Shown here: positions 1 through 9,632 of the stretch, in pieces
Layout: each line of letters begins with the position of its first letter
Position numbering within the stretch: the first letter of the stretch is position 1
Origin: Candidatus Parcubacteria bacterium
Lineage (GTDB): Bacteria > Patescibacteriota > Minisyncoccia > Phycocordibacterales > UBA9973
Reading direction: 5' to 3'
Assembly: GCA_039795715.1 (NCBI GenBank)
Contig: JBDKLD010000008.1
Coordinates: 1-59,996 of the forward strand
Length of the DNA stretch: 59,996 nucleotides
Translations under genes and position numbers: made by a program
The notes under the pieces: generated by a model
Told to the model about the DNA's origin: nothing
The model's database searches: none
The model's input: the letters and a program-made list of their open reading frames with translations, nothing else

Positions 1-1
1 A

Positions 2-118
2 ACTACTGAACTCAACTGGCTGCTCATTCTTATTTCGCTCGGGGCAACATTCATACTTCTTTTATTTGGGATTTATACTTTCAAAAAAACCGAGCGATAT
101 TTTGCAGATATAATCTAA
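2..118 (+). CDS. ABC-2 type polysaccharide export permease (Wzm/TagG-like), C-terminal fragment; gene begins upstream of window
   Basis: Frame is open from the window edge to TAA at 116-118. The tail NWLLILISLGATFILLLFGIYTFKKTERYFADII is a last TM helix plus the K-x-E-x-x-FAD-x-I ending typical of Wzm/TagG permeases. It lies 40 nt upstream of the partner ATPase. Confidence 0.55.
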   Translation, partial: TTELNWLLILISLGATFILLLFGIYTFKKTERYFADII

Positions 119-157
119 GAGCACAACAACATTATCTAAAGATGAAGAATACTTAAA

Positions 158-1441
158 ATGAAACCAATTATCGAAGTCAAAAACATAAGCAAGAAATACA
201 ACATCTCGCACCAAAGGGGTGGCTATGTTGCGCTCCGCGACACACTCACCACAATGCTTCGCAATCCATTCCGTTTTGCCAAACAAAAAATCAAAAACTC
301 GGTGCAGGGCAAGGAAATTTTCTGGGCGCTCAAAGATATCAACTTTTCAGTACAGAAAGGTGAAGTTATTGGCATCATCGGCAGAAATGGCGCGGGCAAG
401 TCAACGCTTCTCAAAATACTTTCACAAATTACTCCGCCAACGACCGGCGAAATAACACTTCGTGGTCGCGTCGGTTCACTCCTCGAAGTTGGCACAGGAT
501 TCCACCCAGAGCTCACTGGTCGCGAAAACATTTTCCTCAATGGTGCAATTCTCGGTATGAAGAAAAAAGAAATTGCTGAAAAATTTGATGAGATCGTAGC
601 ATTTGCTGATATCGATAAATTCCTCGATACGCCGGTGAAATACTACTCAAGTGGCATGTACGTTCGTCTTGCCTTCTCGGTCGCCGCACACATGGATCCT
701 GATATCTTGATCATCGACGAGGTGCTCGCTGTCGGTGATGCAGAGTTTCAGAAAAAGTGTTTGGGGAAAATGAACGAAATCACCAAAAAAGATGGACGGA
801 CTATTTTGTTTGTGAGCCACAACATGAATGCGATTGAACAGTTGTGCAAGCGAGTAATAATATTGAACGAAGGAGCACTCATATTTGATGGCCCTAGCAC
901 CAAAGGTCTAAAATTGTATGCCAATAAAGGACTTGGACTTGAGCAAGAAAAGAAATGGGAAATAGAAAATGCTCCAGGAAATGCAGTTGTAAAAACCCTA
1001 CGAACATTTACACACGATGCACACTTTGCCACATCTGCAACATTTGATATTACAAAAGAAATCGGCATCACCATTGAGTACCAAGTATTGGAAAAGGGGC
1101 ACATTTTTACTCACGGTATCAACCTTTTCAACCAAGATGGCACCAATGTTTTTAACTCGCACGATGTAACATCGAAACAACGACTGATACAACGGGAAAA
1201 GGGCATGTATGCTTCAACTGTTTGGATTCCAGGTAATACATTAAGTGAGGGTATTTTTACTGTAGGAATAGCGCTATTTAAACCAACTCCATTTATTCTC
1301 CATATCCTACAAGAAAACGTATTAGCATTTGAGGTTATTGATCATGTGCGTGGTGACTCTGCTCGAGGTACATACCATGGAGGATTCCCGGGTATTGTGC
1401 GACCATTGCTCACATGGGAAACAAAAAAATATGAGAAATAA
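158..1441 (+). CDS. wzt: Polysaccharide/teichoic-acid export ABC transporter ATP-binding protein (Wzt/TagH-like) with C-terminal extension
   Basis: Walker A GRNGAGKST, signature YSSGM, Walker B ILIIDEVLAVGD, H-loop VSHN. About 170 extra C-terminal residues, as in Wzt proteins that carry a glycan-terminus-binding module. Confidence 0.85.
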   Translation: MKPIIEVKNISKKYNISHQRGGYVALRDTLTTMLRNPFRFAKQKIKNSVQGKEIFWALKDINFSVQKGEVIGIIGRNGAGKSTLLKILSQITPPTTGEITLRGRVGSLLEVGTGFHPELTGRENIFLNGAILGMKKKEIAEKFDEIVAFADIDKFLDTPVKYYSSGMYVRLAFSVAAHMDPDILIIDEVLAVGDAEFQKKCLGKMNEITKKDGRTILFVSHNMNAIEQLCKRVIILNEGALIFDGPSTKGLKLYANKGLGLEQEKKWEIENAPGNAVVKTLRTFTHDAHFATSATFDITKEIGITIEYQVLEKGHIFTHGINLFNQDGTNVFNSHDVTSKQRLIQREKGMYASTVWIPGNTLSEGIFTVGIALFKPTPFILHILQENVLAFEVIDHVRGDSARGTYHGGFPGIVRPLLTWETKKYEK

Positions 1442-2222
1442 AATTAAGAAAATAATTCCAAAAAAAATTCGAGGTATTTTCTCAAAAATGAAAATGGTTC
1501 TTGGTGACTCGTATTATTTTTTAAAGAAATCAGATGTCACCTATGCTCATGATTCTCTCTATACGTTCCACAACGCAGACTTTTTAAAAGATCCTTTGTT
1601 TATGGAATCATATCGTTTGGGTAAAGAAACTGATAAGGGAATGCTCCTATCAAACTACGATATCGAATGGAGAATTCATACTCTATGTTGGGCAGCAACC
1701 CACGCAATGCATCTTGAAGGTGATTTTGTGGATTGTGGCGTCCACACGGGAATATTTTCTCGAGCAGTTATGCACTTTACCCATTTTGAAAAAAGCCGGA
1801 AAACCTACTACTTGCTTGATACATTTGAGGGTCTATCAGAAAAATACAGCACACCAGAAGAGATCCGACGGAATACTAAAATGGGCTACGACGAGCGAGG
1901 CAACATGTACGAGGAAGTAAAAAAAACATTTAGTAATTTTAACGTCAATATTATCAAAGGAGCTGTTCCGGAAACACTACCGCAAGTTACTTCGGATAAA
2001 ATATGTTTTCTGTCTATCGACATGAACTGTGTTGGACCAGAGCGCGATGCGCTGGAATTTTTTTGGGACAAAATGGTTTCAGGGGGCATTATTATCCTCG
2101 ATGATTACGGCTATGCAAATTCTACAAATGATCAAAAAAAAGCTCATGATGATTTTGCAAAATCAAAAGGAGTAATAGTATTAACTTTACCAACCTGCCA
2201 AGGAATGATTATTAAACCATAA
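1431..2222 (+). CDS. TylF/MycF-family SAM-dependent O-methyltransferase
   Basis: Motifs GDFVDCGVHTG, LLDTFEGL, GAVPETLP, LSIDMNCVGPERDALEFFWDKMVSGGIIILDDYG match the macrocin-O-methyltransferase family pattern. I chose the ATG at 1431, which overlaps the wzt stop; the ORF-track start at 1329 lies inside wzt. Confidence 0.75.
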   Translation: MRNKIKKIIPKKIRGIFSKMKMVLGDSYYFLKKSDVTYAHDSLYTFHNADFLKDPLFMESYRLGKETDKGMLLSNYDIEWRIHTLCWAATHAMHLEGDFVDCGVHTGIFSRAVMHFTHFEKSRKTYYLLDTFEGLSEKYSTPEEIRRNTKMGYDERGNMYEEVKKTFSNFNVNIIKGAVPETLPQVTSDKICFLSIDMNCVGPERDALEFFWDKMVSGGIIILDDYGYANSTNDQKKAHDDFAKSKGVIVLTLPTCQGMIIKP

Positions 2223-2223
2223 T

Positions 2224-2922
2224 ATGGAAACACTCAAAAAAACCTACCGTAGGGTAATGGAATTTGTAAATAAAATTAAGAATCGCCACTCTCTCTCAGG
2301 TGATGGTGAGCGAGTTGACATTACATTTGATGTAAAAATAGACACTACACATTTTGACATGTATCAAATGTCTCACTATAAGAGATACCTATTTGCAGTC
2401 GAAACTATTGCACAGGATGCAATAGTTGCCGATTTTGCTAGTGGTACCGGCTACGGTTCTATATTGCTGGCACAGAAAGCTAAACATGTTGTTGGTGCTG
2501 ATATAAATGACAAGGTAATAGCTACAATTAAAAAAAGGTACGCAACATTTCACAATGTAGAATTTCAAACTGCTGACCTGCTTACTCTTTCATTTGAAAA
2601 TACGTTTGACACTATCATATCATTTGAGACTATTGAACATTTTAAGGAAACAGACATTGCTAAGCTTTTTGCGATATATCAGAAAGCTCTCAGGCCGGGT
2701 GGTACTATTATTTTCTCTACACCATACATGCAGGAAAAAACTGAGGTAGCGGTAAATATGGGTTTTCACTTTACCTTTGATATAGATGAGCAGAAAATTG
2801 CAGACTGGCTTAGTACAGCTGGTCTCACTATGGTGACTTGTAAGTATCAGAATTACGAAACTCACAACATTGTCGACTCCCAAGAAAAGAAAGATTTTAT
2901 TATTTGTGTAGTGAAAAAGTAA
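2224..2922 (+). CDS. Class I SAM-dependent methyltransferase
   Basis: SAM motif I VADFASGTGYGS, acidic motif II GADIN, post-I/III FDTIISFETIEH and RPGGTIIFSTP. Starts 2 nt after the previous stop. Confidence 0.75.
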   Translation: METLKKTYRRVMEFVNKIKNRHSLSGDGERVDITFDVKIDTTHFDMYQMSHYKRYLFAVETIAQDAIVADFASGTGYGSILLAQKAKHVVGADINDKVIATIKKRYATFHNVEFQTADLLTLSFENTFDTIISFETIEHFKETDIAKLFAIYQKALRPGGTIIFSTPYMQEKTEVAVNMGFHFTFDIDEQKIADWLSTAGLTMVTCKYQNYETHNIVDSQEKKDFIICVVKK

Positions 2923-3779
2923 TGAAACCAACCGTGTCTATTTGTATACCTACCTACGAGCAAACCGGATATTTACAGAAAACCCTTGATTCAATTATTG
3001 CCCAAACATATACCGACTACGAACTAATTATTTCTGACGATTCAAAAAGTACCTCAGTTGAGGACCTGCTCGGAAAATATGGTTTTGGCAACAAACTCCT
3101 GTACGTCAGAAATAGCGAACCCAAAGGGTCACCGGAAAACTGGAATTCAGCTGTCAGACTTGCTAAGGGTAAGTATATTAAAATACTACACCATGATGAC
3201 TGGTTCAAGGACGAGAATAGCCTTTCTATTTTTGTTGAAATGATAGAAAAACATCCCGAATCTGATTTTGCATATTGCGCCACTCAAAATGTAGACGAAA
3301 ACGGCAAATTATTGTCACTGCATACAACAAATCATTCTCAGCTTGCCGCACTTCGCAAACACCCGGAACAGTTACTTTTTCACAACTATATTGGTGCTCC
3401 CAGTACCACTATATACAAGAGAGAAGGAACACTCGAATACGACGACAATCTTATATGGTTAGTTGATATAGATTTTTATATCCAAACACTTCTGTGTAAT
3501 AATAATTGTGTGTATTTAGATAAACCTCTTATTTGTGTTACTTCCAAAGCAGACCACCAGATTACACGGAAGGTTGAAAATGATCGATTTCTCGGTGCTA
3601 AGGAAAATCTGCATATTTACAAAAAAGTACGAAACGCTATCCCCTTCATTTCTTATGTTTTTTTGTTACTCAGATTACTTCGATCAAATAGCTTAATTAC
3701 ACTCGTCGGAGAATATGGCAAACAACTACACTCCACAATTCCATTTGAAATTAAAATCATCAGCTGGCTCAAGAAATAA
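2922..3779 (+). CDS. Glycosyltransferase family 2
   Basis: N-terminal VSICIPTYEQTGYLQKTLDSIIAQTYTDYELIISDDSK is the classic GT2 signature. A later HHDDW is DXD-like. TAATG overlap with the upstream stop. Confidence 0.8.
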   Translation: MKPTVSICIPTYEQTGYLQKTLDSIIAQTYTDYELIISDDSKSTSVEDLLGKYGFGNKLLYVRNSEPKGSPENWNSAVRLAKGKYIKILHHDDWFKDENSLSIFVEMIEKHPESDFAYCATQNVDENGKLLSLHTTNHSQLAALRKHPEQLLFHNYIGAPSTTIYKREGTLEYDDNLIWLVDIDFYIQTLLCNNNCVYLDKPLICVTSKADHQITRKVENDRFLGAKENLHIYKKVRNAIPFISYVFLLLRLLRSNSLITLVGEYGKQLHSTIPFEIKIISWLKK

Positions 3780-3786
3780 AATTAAT

Positions 3787-4542
3787 ATGAACTATCTAAT
3801 AAAAATTATCCCACACCCACTCAAGCTACTTATTGCCAACACACGAGCATACGTGCTTTTTCTGAAACAGTATCGTCATTTTATAAAACTATCAAAAAAG
3901 GGACACAGGTTTAGGGTTAGCTGGAGTGAACGAAATCCTCAGCTTCATGATAACTCCCGAGACACAGGTTTTGATCCCCATTACACATACCATCCAGCTT
4001 GGGCTGCTAGAATTCTCGCAAAAACAAAACCAGCACGACACGTAGATATTTCATCAATACTAAGTTTTTCAACAATAGTTTCAGCATTTGTGCCGACAGA
4101 TTTTTACGACTATCGACCTGCACACATTACACTGAGTGATCTTATCAGCAGAAAAGCCGATCTTACCGCACTCCAATTCTCAGATAATAGTATTGAATCA
4201 CTTTCCTGCATGCACACCATTGAACATATTGGGTTGGGCAGGTATGGTGACACAATCGATCCTGACGGCGACATAAAGGCTATGTCAGAACTTTCGCGAG
4301 TGATTGCGCGCGGCGGCAACTTGCTTTTTGTTACACCTATCGGGAAACCTAGAATTCAATTCAACGCTCACCGTATTTATTCATACAGGCAGATCATTGA
4401 TTATTTTCCAGATCTGAAATTAAAGGAATTTTCCCTTCTGGCGGACGACGGGGGTGGAGACGGCCTGATCATTAATGCATCCGAAACACAAGCAGACTCG
4501 CAAGAGTATGGCTGCGGATGTTTTTGGTTTACAAAAGTATAA
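3787..4542 (+). CDS. Methyltransferase-like protein (DUF268-type, GLGRYGD motif)
   Basis: SCMHTIEHIGLGRYGDTIDPDGD and RGGNLLFVTPIG resemble the DUF268/class I methyltransferase family as I recall it. ATG at 3787 follows the previous stop. Confidence 0.5.
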   Translation: MNYLIKIIPHPLKLLIANTRAYVLFLKQYRHFIKLSKKGHRFRVSWSERNPQLHDNSRDTGFDPHYTYHPAWAARILAKTKPARHVDISSILSFSTIVSAFVPTDFYDYRPAHITLSDLISRKADLTALQFSDNSIESLSCMHTIEHIGLGRYGDTIDPDGDIKAMSELSRVIARGGNLLFVTPIGKPRIQFNAHRIYSYRQIIDYFPDLKLKEFSLLADDGGGDGLIINASETQADSQEYGCGCFWFTKV

Positions 4543-4543
4543 T

Positions 4544-5350
4544 ATGGAAAAAGTATCAGTCATCATACCTACATGGAACAGCGCAAGTACTCTCATTGCT
4601 ACTATTAAAAGTTGCCTCAATCAGACTACTCCACCGTTTGAAATCCTTGTTTGTGATGATGGCTCTACCGACAATAGCGAGGGGGCTGTTAGAGTAATTG
4701 GCGATTCGCGTGTAATTTGGGCTCCTGGTGAACATTCCGGCACACCAGCAATACCAAGAAATAGAGGCATAGCTATGGCTAAGGGTGAATGGATTGCTTT
4801 TTGTGATAGTGACGACGAGTGGTTACCGACAAAACTTGAAAAGCAGCTGGTGTTGGCTAACAACCTAGACTACAAAGCATCGTGTACTGTTGCTTTAGTT
4901 AAAATCGATGGAATAATAACAAAAGAGGTTGTTAGTAGTTGGAAGAAAAATACATTTACTTTTTGTAATGCACTACACAGCAATGATATTGTCGGCAGTT
5001 CAGTCCTGATGCACTCATCAATTGTCAAAGAAATTGGCGAATTTACTCCTATTATTGAAAATGCTAGCTTTGCTGATTATATGTATTGGTTACGAGCAAT
5101 GACAAAAACAAATTTTGCCTATGTATGTGAACCACTTGTTATTTATGATGACCACCCAAAAACAAGCTTGCGTGCAACAAGTCTCTCAGATGAAGCATTG
5201 CAGAAAGTAGTATTTGCAGATTTCACTGATTGGGCAAGAAATCACCTTGGCAATCAAGCACCTGCTTTCATTCTAAAAATTGGTAAATATAAGGCAAGAG
5301 AAAGTGTGCGCAAAATTGTTTCAAAAATATGGCACGTATGGAAAAAGTAA
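4544..5350 (+). CDS. Glycosyltransferase family 2
   Basis: VSVIIPTWNSASTLIATIKSCLNQTTPPFEILVCDDGSTDNS, plus the DXD-like AFCDSDDEW. ATG at 4544 is 2 nt after the previous stop. Confidence 0.8.
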   Translation: MEKVSVIIPTWNSASTLIATIKSCLNQTTPPFEILVCDDGSTDNSEGAVRVIGDSRVIWAPGEHSGTPAIPRNRGIAMAKGEWIAFCDSDDEWLPTKLEKQLVLANNLDYKASCTVALVKIDGIITKEVVSSWKKNTFTFCNALHSNDIVGSSVLMHSSIVKEIGEFTPIIENASFADYMYWLRAMTKTNFAYVCEPLVIYDDHPKTSLRATSLSDEALQKVVFADFTDWARNHLGNQAPAFILKIGKYKARESVRKIVSKIWHVWKK

Positions 5351-6960
5351 AAATCGGCATCCTCTATATTTGCACCGGCAACTACACTGTTTTCTGGAAG
5401 GACTTTTATGAGAGCATGGAAAAGTATTTTGCGACTGACGCTGAAAAACATTACTTTGTCTTTACCGATGCCGATCACATAGAGCACGGGGTAGATGCGG
5501 CTGGAAACAAGAATCCGTATATTCATCGCATCTACCAGAAAAACCTTGGTTGGCCAGGCAATACGCTCAAGCGTTTTCACATGTTTCTTGGCATCGAAGA
5601 GGAGCTAGCAAAGCTCGATTACCTCTTTTTTTGCAATGCCAACTTACAAGTTCTTCAAACAATTTCTGCCTCCGATGTTTTACCAACTGGAGAAGAAAAG
5701 CTTGTTGCGACACTTCACCCAGGTTTTTATGCAAAACCACGTAGGAAATTTACTTACGAAAAAAATAGGAAGTCGATAGCATACATAAACAAAAGCGAAG
5801 GCGAACGCTACTTCGCTGGTGGTTTCAATGGCGGTACAAGTTCAGCTTTTATCTCTGCAACGAAAAAGATGCGAGAGCAAATTGATGCTGATGAGAAGAA
5901 TGGCGTAGTCGCTCGCTGGCATGATGAATCACATTGGAATAGATATTTGGTCAGTCGCACAGATGTAAAAGTCCTCTCTCCTGCTTTTCTCTATCCAGAA
6001 GGCTGGTCCCTACCTTTTACTCAAATTATTCTTGTACGAGACAAGAAAAAGCTTGGTGGCCACAATACAATGCGCAACAGCAAAAACTCGCTAAAGGATG
6101 TAGTAATAACATGGGCAAAAACGTTCATTAAAAACCTTATCTTGCTTGCGAAGCCGACCTCAAATACGACACATTTCATTCAGAAAAAATCACTTTTCTC
6201 GACACTTGACCAACACGAGCTAAACAGAAAAAACCTGATATGTATAACAATTGCTTTCAACAAAAGTACTGTAATTGAAGCGCAATGGAAGCAATTATCA
6301 GAGAACATTTCTGAGTCTTTCACCTACATAGTTGCTGACAATTCAAATGATGCAACTGTGAGTGCCGAGATACAGAATTACTGCGCTCAAAATTATATTT
6401 CATACGTTAAAATTCCAAATAATCCATTCGAGAAAAACCCAAGTCGCTCACATGGCATTGCGCTCAATTGGGCCTATGAACATATTGTAAAAAAGTACCG
6501 GCCAACGTATTTTGGTTTTATCGATCATGACATTTTGCCATTTAGGAAAACAGCAGTAACCGACAAAGTTCAAAATGGTATTTTTGGCCTCGCGCAGAAG
6601 CGTAACGAAAAATGGTACTTGTGGCCAGGATTTTCTTTTTTTAAGACATGTGAGGTAATAGAAAAACCACTAGATTTTTTACCATGCGACGGACTCGATA
6701 CTGGTGGCTCAAACTATGATGTGCTATACAAAAATATTGATCAGGCAACTCTTTCACAACTCCCACAGTACTATTTTGATATTGAAAAGAGAGTAAAGTT
6801 GCCAGCTTTTGATCACGCCAACCAAAACATAGTTGAAACTATTGGTGACTGGGTACACCTTATGAGAACTTCCAACTGGCATGGCTTGTCGCCAGAAAAA
6901 TCAAATAGTACTAAGAGTATCGAAGCTGCAGTAAAAACAATTCAAGAAATCGCATTATAG
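5329..6960 (+). CDS. Two-domain glycosyltransferase: N-terminal GT6 (ABO/alpha-1,3-Gal(NAc)-transferase-like, NXN type) fused to a C-terminal GT-A/GT2-like domain
   Basis: The N-terminal ~250 aa align by eye with human GTA/GTB blocks: HYFVFTD, LDYLFFCNANLQV (NAN in place of DVD), LVATLHPGFY, FTYEKNRKSIAYINKSEGERYFAGGFNGG, ARWHDESHWNRYL, KVLSPAFLYP. The C-terminal ~240 aa have ICITIAFNKS...YIVADNSND and FIDHDILPF (DXD-like). Confidence 0.85.
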   Translation: MARMEKVKIGILYICTGNYTVFWKDFYESMEKYFATDAEKHYFVFTDADHIEHGVDAAGNKNPYIHRIYQKNLGWPGNTLKRFHMFLGIEEELAKLDYLFFCNANLQVLQTISASDVLPTGEEKLVATLHPGFYAKPRRKFTYEKNRKSIAYINKSEGERYFAGGFNGGTSSAFISATKKMREQIDADEKNGVVARWHDESHWNRYLVSRTDVKVLSPAFLYPEGWSLPFTQIILVRDKKKLGGHNTMRNSKNSLKDVVITWAKTFIKNLILLAKPTSNTTHFIQKKSLFSTLDQHELNRKNLICITIAFNKSTVIEAQWKQLSENISESFTYIVADNSNDATVSAEIQNYCAQNYISYVKIPNNPFEKNPSRSHGIALNWAYEHIVKKYRPTYFGFIDHDILPFRKTAVTDKVQNGIFGLAQKRNEKWYLWPGFSFFKTCEVIEKPLDFLPCDGLDTGGSNYDVLYKNIDQATLSQLPQYYFDIEKRVKLPAFDHANQNIVETIGDWVHLMRTSNWHGLSPEKSNSTKSIEAAVKTIQEIAL

Positions 6961-6997
6961 AAAAAAGCTAACAATACGATAAAATACACACTGGCAA

Positions 6998-7870
6998 CTA
7001 CCACCTCTCCTTGTACACGCGAACCAAATAGTACCAAAGTTTTTTCGGCATTATTTTTTCTATTACAGCAAAGACCGAATACAGACCAACACGTAGCATT
7101 GCCTGAAAATAACCGATGGCAAACCCTGGATAATCATCGCGGTAGTTTTTGAGCATATTCAAAATTCTTCGTAGCTGTACAATCTTGTTTTTTCCGCTGA
7201 GACTTTCCTTTCGAACCATAAGTGTCACTGCGTAGAGCGAGATGTTGGCAAGTGTTCCCTCTTTGCCCATACGCAACCAAAAATCGTAGTCTTCTACGTG
7301 TCGCAAATCTTGCGACTCTTCATAGCCTCCGAGCTTGACCGCAATATCTCTACGGAACATTACCGAAGAATGAATAAAGCAATTTTTCCTATGCAGTGTA
7401 TTTCTTATTTCTCTGTCAGTCGCAGGAAGTAAGTAGCGCATTGTTTCTTGACCACTTTCATTTACCAAAATCGCTCCCGTACCAACAAGCACACAACTCT
7501 GCTCTTTTTCAAAAATACCGACTTGCATTTCAAGCTTGGCAATATCATTCCACGTATCGTCATCATCAAGTCTCGCGATGTAATCGCCTTTCGCCATGCT
7601 TATACCTCGGTTAAGTGATTTCTGAATGCCAAGGTTTGCCTCATTTTTGATATATATAATTCTCGAGTCATGAGTAGAAAAATTCACCACAATTCCCTTT
7701 GTGTCATCGGTAGAACCATCATCGACGATGATGAGTTCCCAGTTTGTGTAGGTCTGCGCTAATATACTTTCAATTGCAGACAGAATACGCGCCGAACCAT
7801 TATATGTCGGCATAATAATACTTACTAACGATTTTTCTGTAGTTACATTCATGTCTATATTCGTATCCAT
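6998..7870 (-). CDS. Glycosyltransferase family 2
   Basis: VSIIMPTYNGSARILSAIESILAQTYTNWELIIVDDGSTDDT and ARLDDDD (DXD). Confidence 0.85.
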   Translation of the reverse strand: MDTNIDMNVTTEKSLVSIIMPTYNGSARILSAIESILAQTYTNWELIIVDDGSTDDTKGIVVNFSTHDSRIIYIKNEANLGIQKSLNRGISMAKGDYIARLDDDDTWNDIAKLEMQVGIFEKEQSCVLVGTGAILVNESGQETMRYLLPATDREIRNTLHRKNCFIHSSVMFRRDIAVKLGGYEESQDLRHVEDYDFWLRMGKEGTLANISLYAVTLMVRKESLSGKNKIVQLRRILNMLKNYRDDYPGFAIGYFQAMLRVGLYSVFAVIEKIMPKKLWYYLVRVYKERW

Positions 7871-8730
7871 GTTGGAGGCGTAAGCGTACTTGTGTCTATA
7901 CTCTCGTCAGTAAACCAACGTTTTGGTGCTATGACTATTTTATCAGTATATGGGGCAAGCCATGCTGACCACCAAGAAAATGAGCTATTGGCAATAATGA
8001 AATGCTTGCACTGACTCATGAGATACATATGCTCTTCATTTTTTTTACCCGCATATTCTTGTCCGACATACACCACATTGTCCCCAAATAGCATGTGATC
8101 CCTGCACCATGCAATATCATCTGAAAATACATACATGGTTTCTATTGTAGTTTTTTGTTTGAGTAAATTAATCGCCGAGCCATAGTATTCTTTACCGACA
8201 GTTTCGTGGTGTACATTACCAACAAAGTCACCTCGTCTCACATGTACGCAGACTGCATTTTTTGATTGTATCTCTTTGGCAAGTTCCTGTGTTTTTTCAC
8301 TTACCTTTTCTTTTAGTCTAAAATCGTTGCGAATAACTTCTTCGTACTCAAAAAAATATTTGTAACTTTGCCAAAAACCACTCAAGTACGTATTGTTAGA
8401 GAGCTCAAGAATCGTAGCGTCAAAAGCAAATTTTTTTTCTACGCCATTTTTCTTTTGTAATTTACCAATAGTAATGTCAAATAATCTTGCCAAGAAAGGG
8501 CTGCGCAAACGATAGATAAAAGGGATTTCAGAAGGCTTCGCTATTCTTCCTGTAATACCAAAGACATCGAGATCAAAATGTCGAATAGTATCATTGTTAT
8601 ATGCAGGCTTCTTGCCGAGAGTGCTCGTATCAAGGCCGAGTTCAGTTGTATGTTTCAATGACAACACTCTTCCCACCGCATACTGAAACATTTGGTTCCC
8701 CAAGCCACCTGATAAACGTGTAATAATCAT
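7855..8730 (-). CDS. Alpha-1,2-fucosyltransferase (GT11, FutC-like)
   Basis: MIITRLSGGLGNQMFQYAVGR at the N-terminus, HVRRGDF (HxRRGD motif) and ANSSFSWWSAWL are the three GT11 motifs. Start taken at ATG 8730; the ORF track extends to 8751. Confidence 0.85.
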   Translation of the reverse strand: MIITRLSGGLGNQMFQYAVGRVLSLKHTTELGLDTSTLGKKPAYNNDTIRHFDLDVFGITGRIAKPSEIPFIYRLRSPFLARLFDITIGKLQKKNGVEKKFAFDATILELSNNTYLSGFWQSYKYFFEYEEVIRNDFRLKEKVSEKTQELAKEIQSKNAVCVHVRRGDFVGNVHHETVGKEYYGSAINLLKQKTTIETMYVFSDDIAWCRDHMLFGDNVVYVGQEYAGKKNEEHMYLMSQCKHFIIANSSFSWWSAWLAPYTDKIVIAPKRWFTDESIDTSTLTPPTWIRI

Positions 8731-8744
8731 ACTGCCTTTGTATA

Positions 8745-9632
8745 TTACCAATTGAGCTCAATTTCGGGAACTTTGCCACTTTCTGTGATGTATTTTACAA
8801 TGTCGAGGTATTTATCCTGCTGACTTGGGTCAAGAAGAGCCAGTCGCTTGAGTATGACGACGAGGTGTGAACTGTCTTTCTTTTTATAGAAATAGGTAAA
8901 CATTTTTTTGTAGGCTGCACGAGTTAAATTCACATCTTGATTAAAGTTACTTGAAAGTGCAGCTTCCAGGTGTTCTAGTGCGCGCGGCATGTACTCAGGC
9001 ATGTATTTATCATTTTCATATACCAAAAACTGTCCAAGAAAATACTGGATCTTGGGCGCATGCGGATCAACTGCGAGCGCTTTCTTGTAAAGGTCTATTG
9101 CCTCTTGATGTTTGTTTTGATTGTAGAGGTTTAGCCCATAGCTCTCTATTAATTTCTGATAACTGGGGAACAAATTGAGCGCTTCTCTGTAATAATGCTC
9201 AGCGTCGGCAAGATATTCCTGCTTCTTCGCTGGATCACTTTCATTAATTGCCAAGGTGTCATAAGTATAACTAATATAAATATAGCTATTGATATACGGC
9301 GTTGTAGTTAGCAAACTTTCCTTGATTTTATCGAGCGTAAATGGAATGAGTTTTGGCGCGATTTCCCTCTCTCCAGTATTGAATGTAGAGACCATAAACG
9401 CCAAGAAAACGTACCGGAGCATGGGCTGAACATGAGTATACGGAGTAAAAAGCGAAGCATCTTTGGTGACGACGGTATAGTCATAAGTATCGATAGCTTT
9501 TTGATAGGCTTTGTGGAGCCTAATAATCTGACTGTTCGGCACAAGCGTCCATGCAACAAAGGCTATGCCGAAAAAGAGCGTCGCGACAATAAGAGAGATT
9601 TTTATGACGATGTAGTTGTTAGACTCTTTCAT
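8745..9632 (-). CDS. Membrane-anchored TPR-repeat protein
   Basis: N-terminal TM helix (IVIKISLIVATLFFGIAFVAW) followed by TPR-like A-x-x-Y-Y-x-x-A-L-x-x-x-P repeats (AEHYYREALNLFP, AIDLYKKALAVDP). Confidence 0.6.
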   Translation of the reverse strand: MKESNNYIVIKISLIVATLFFGIAFVAWTLVPNSQIIRLHKAYQKAIDTYDYTVVTKDASLFTPYTHVQPMLRYVFLAFMVSTFNTGEREIAPKLIPFTLDKIKESLLTTTPYINSYIYISYTYDTLAINESDPAKKQEYLADAEHYYREALNLFPSYQKLIESYGLNLYNQNKHQEAIDLYKKALAVDPHAPKIQYFLGQFLVYENDKYMPEYMPRALEHLEAALSSNFNQDVNLTRAAYKKMFTYFYKKKDSSHLVVILKRLALLDPSQQDKYLDIVKYITESGKVPEIELNW

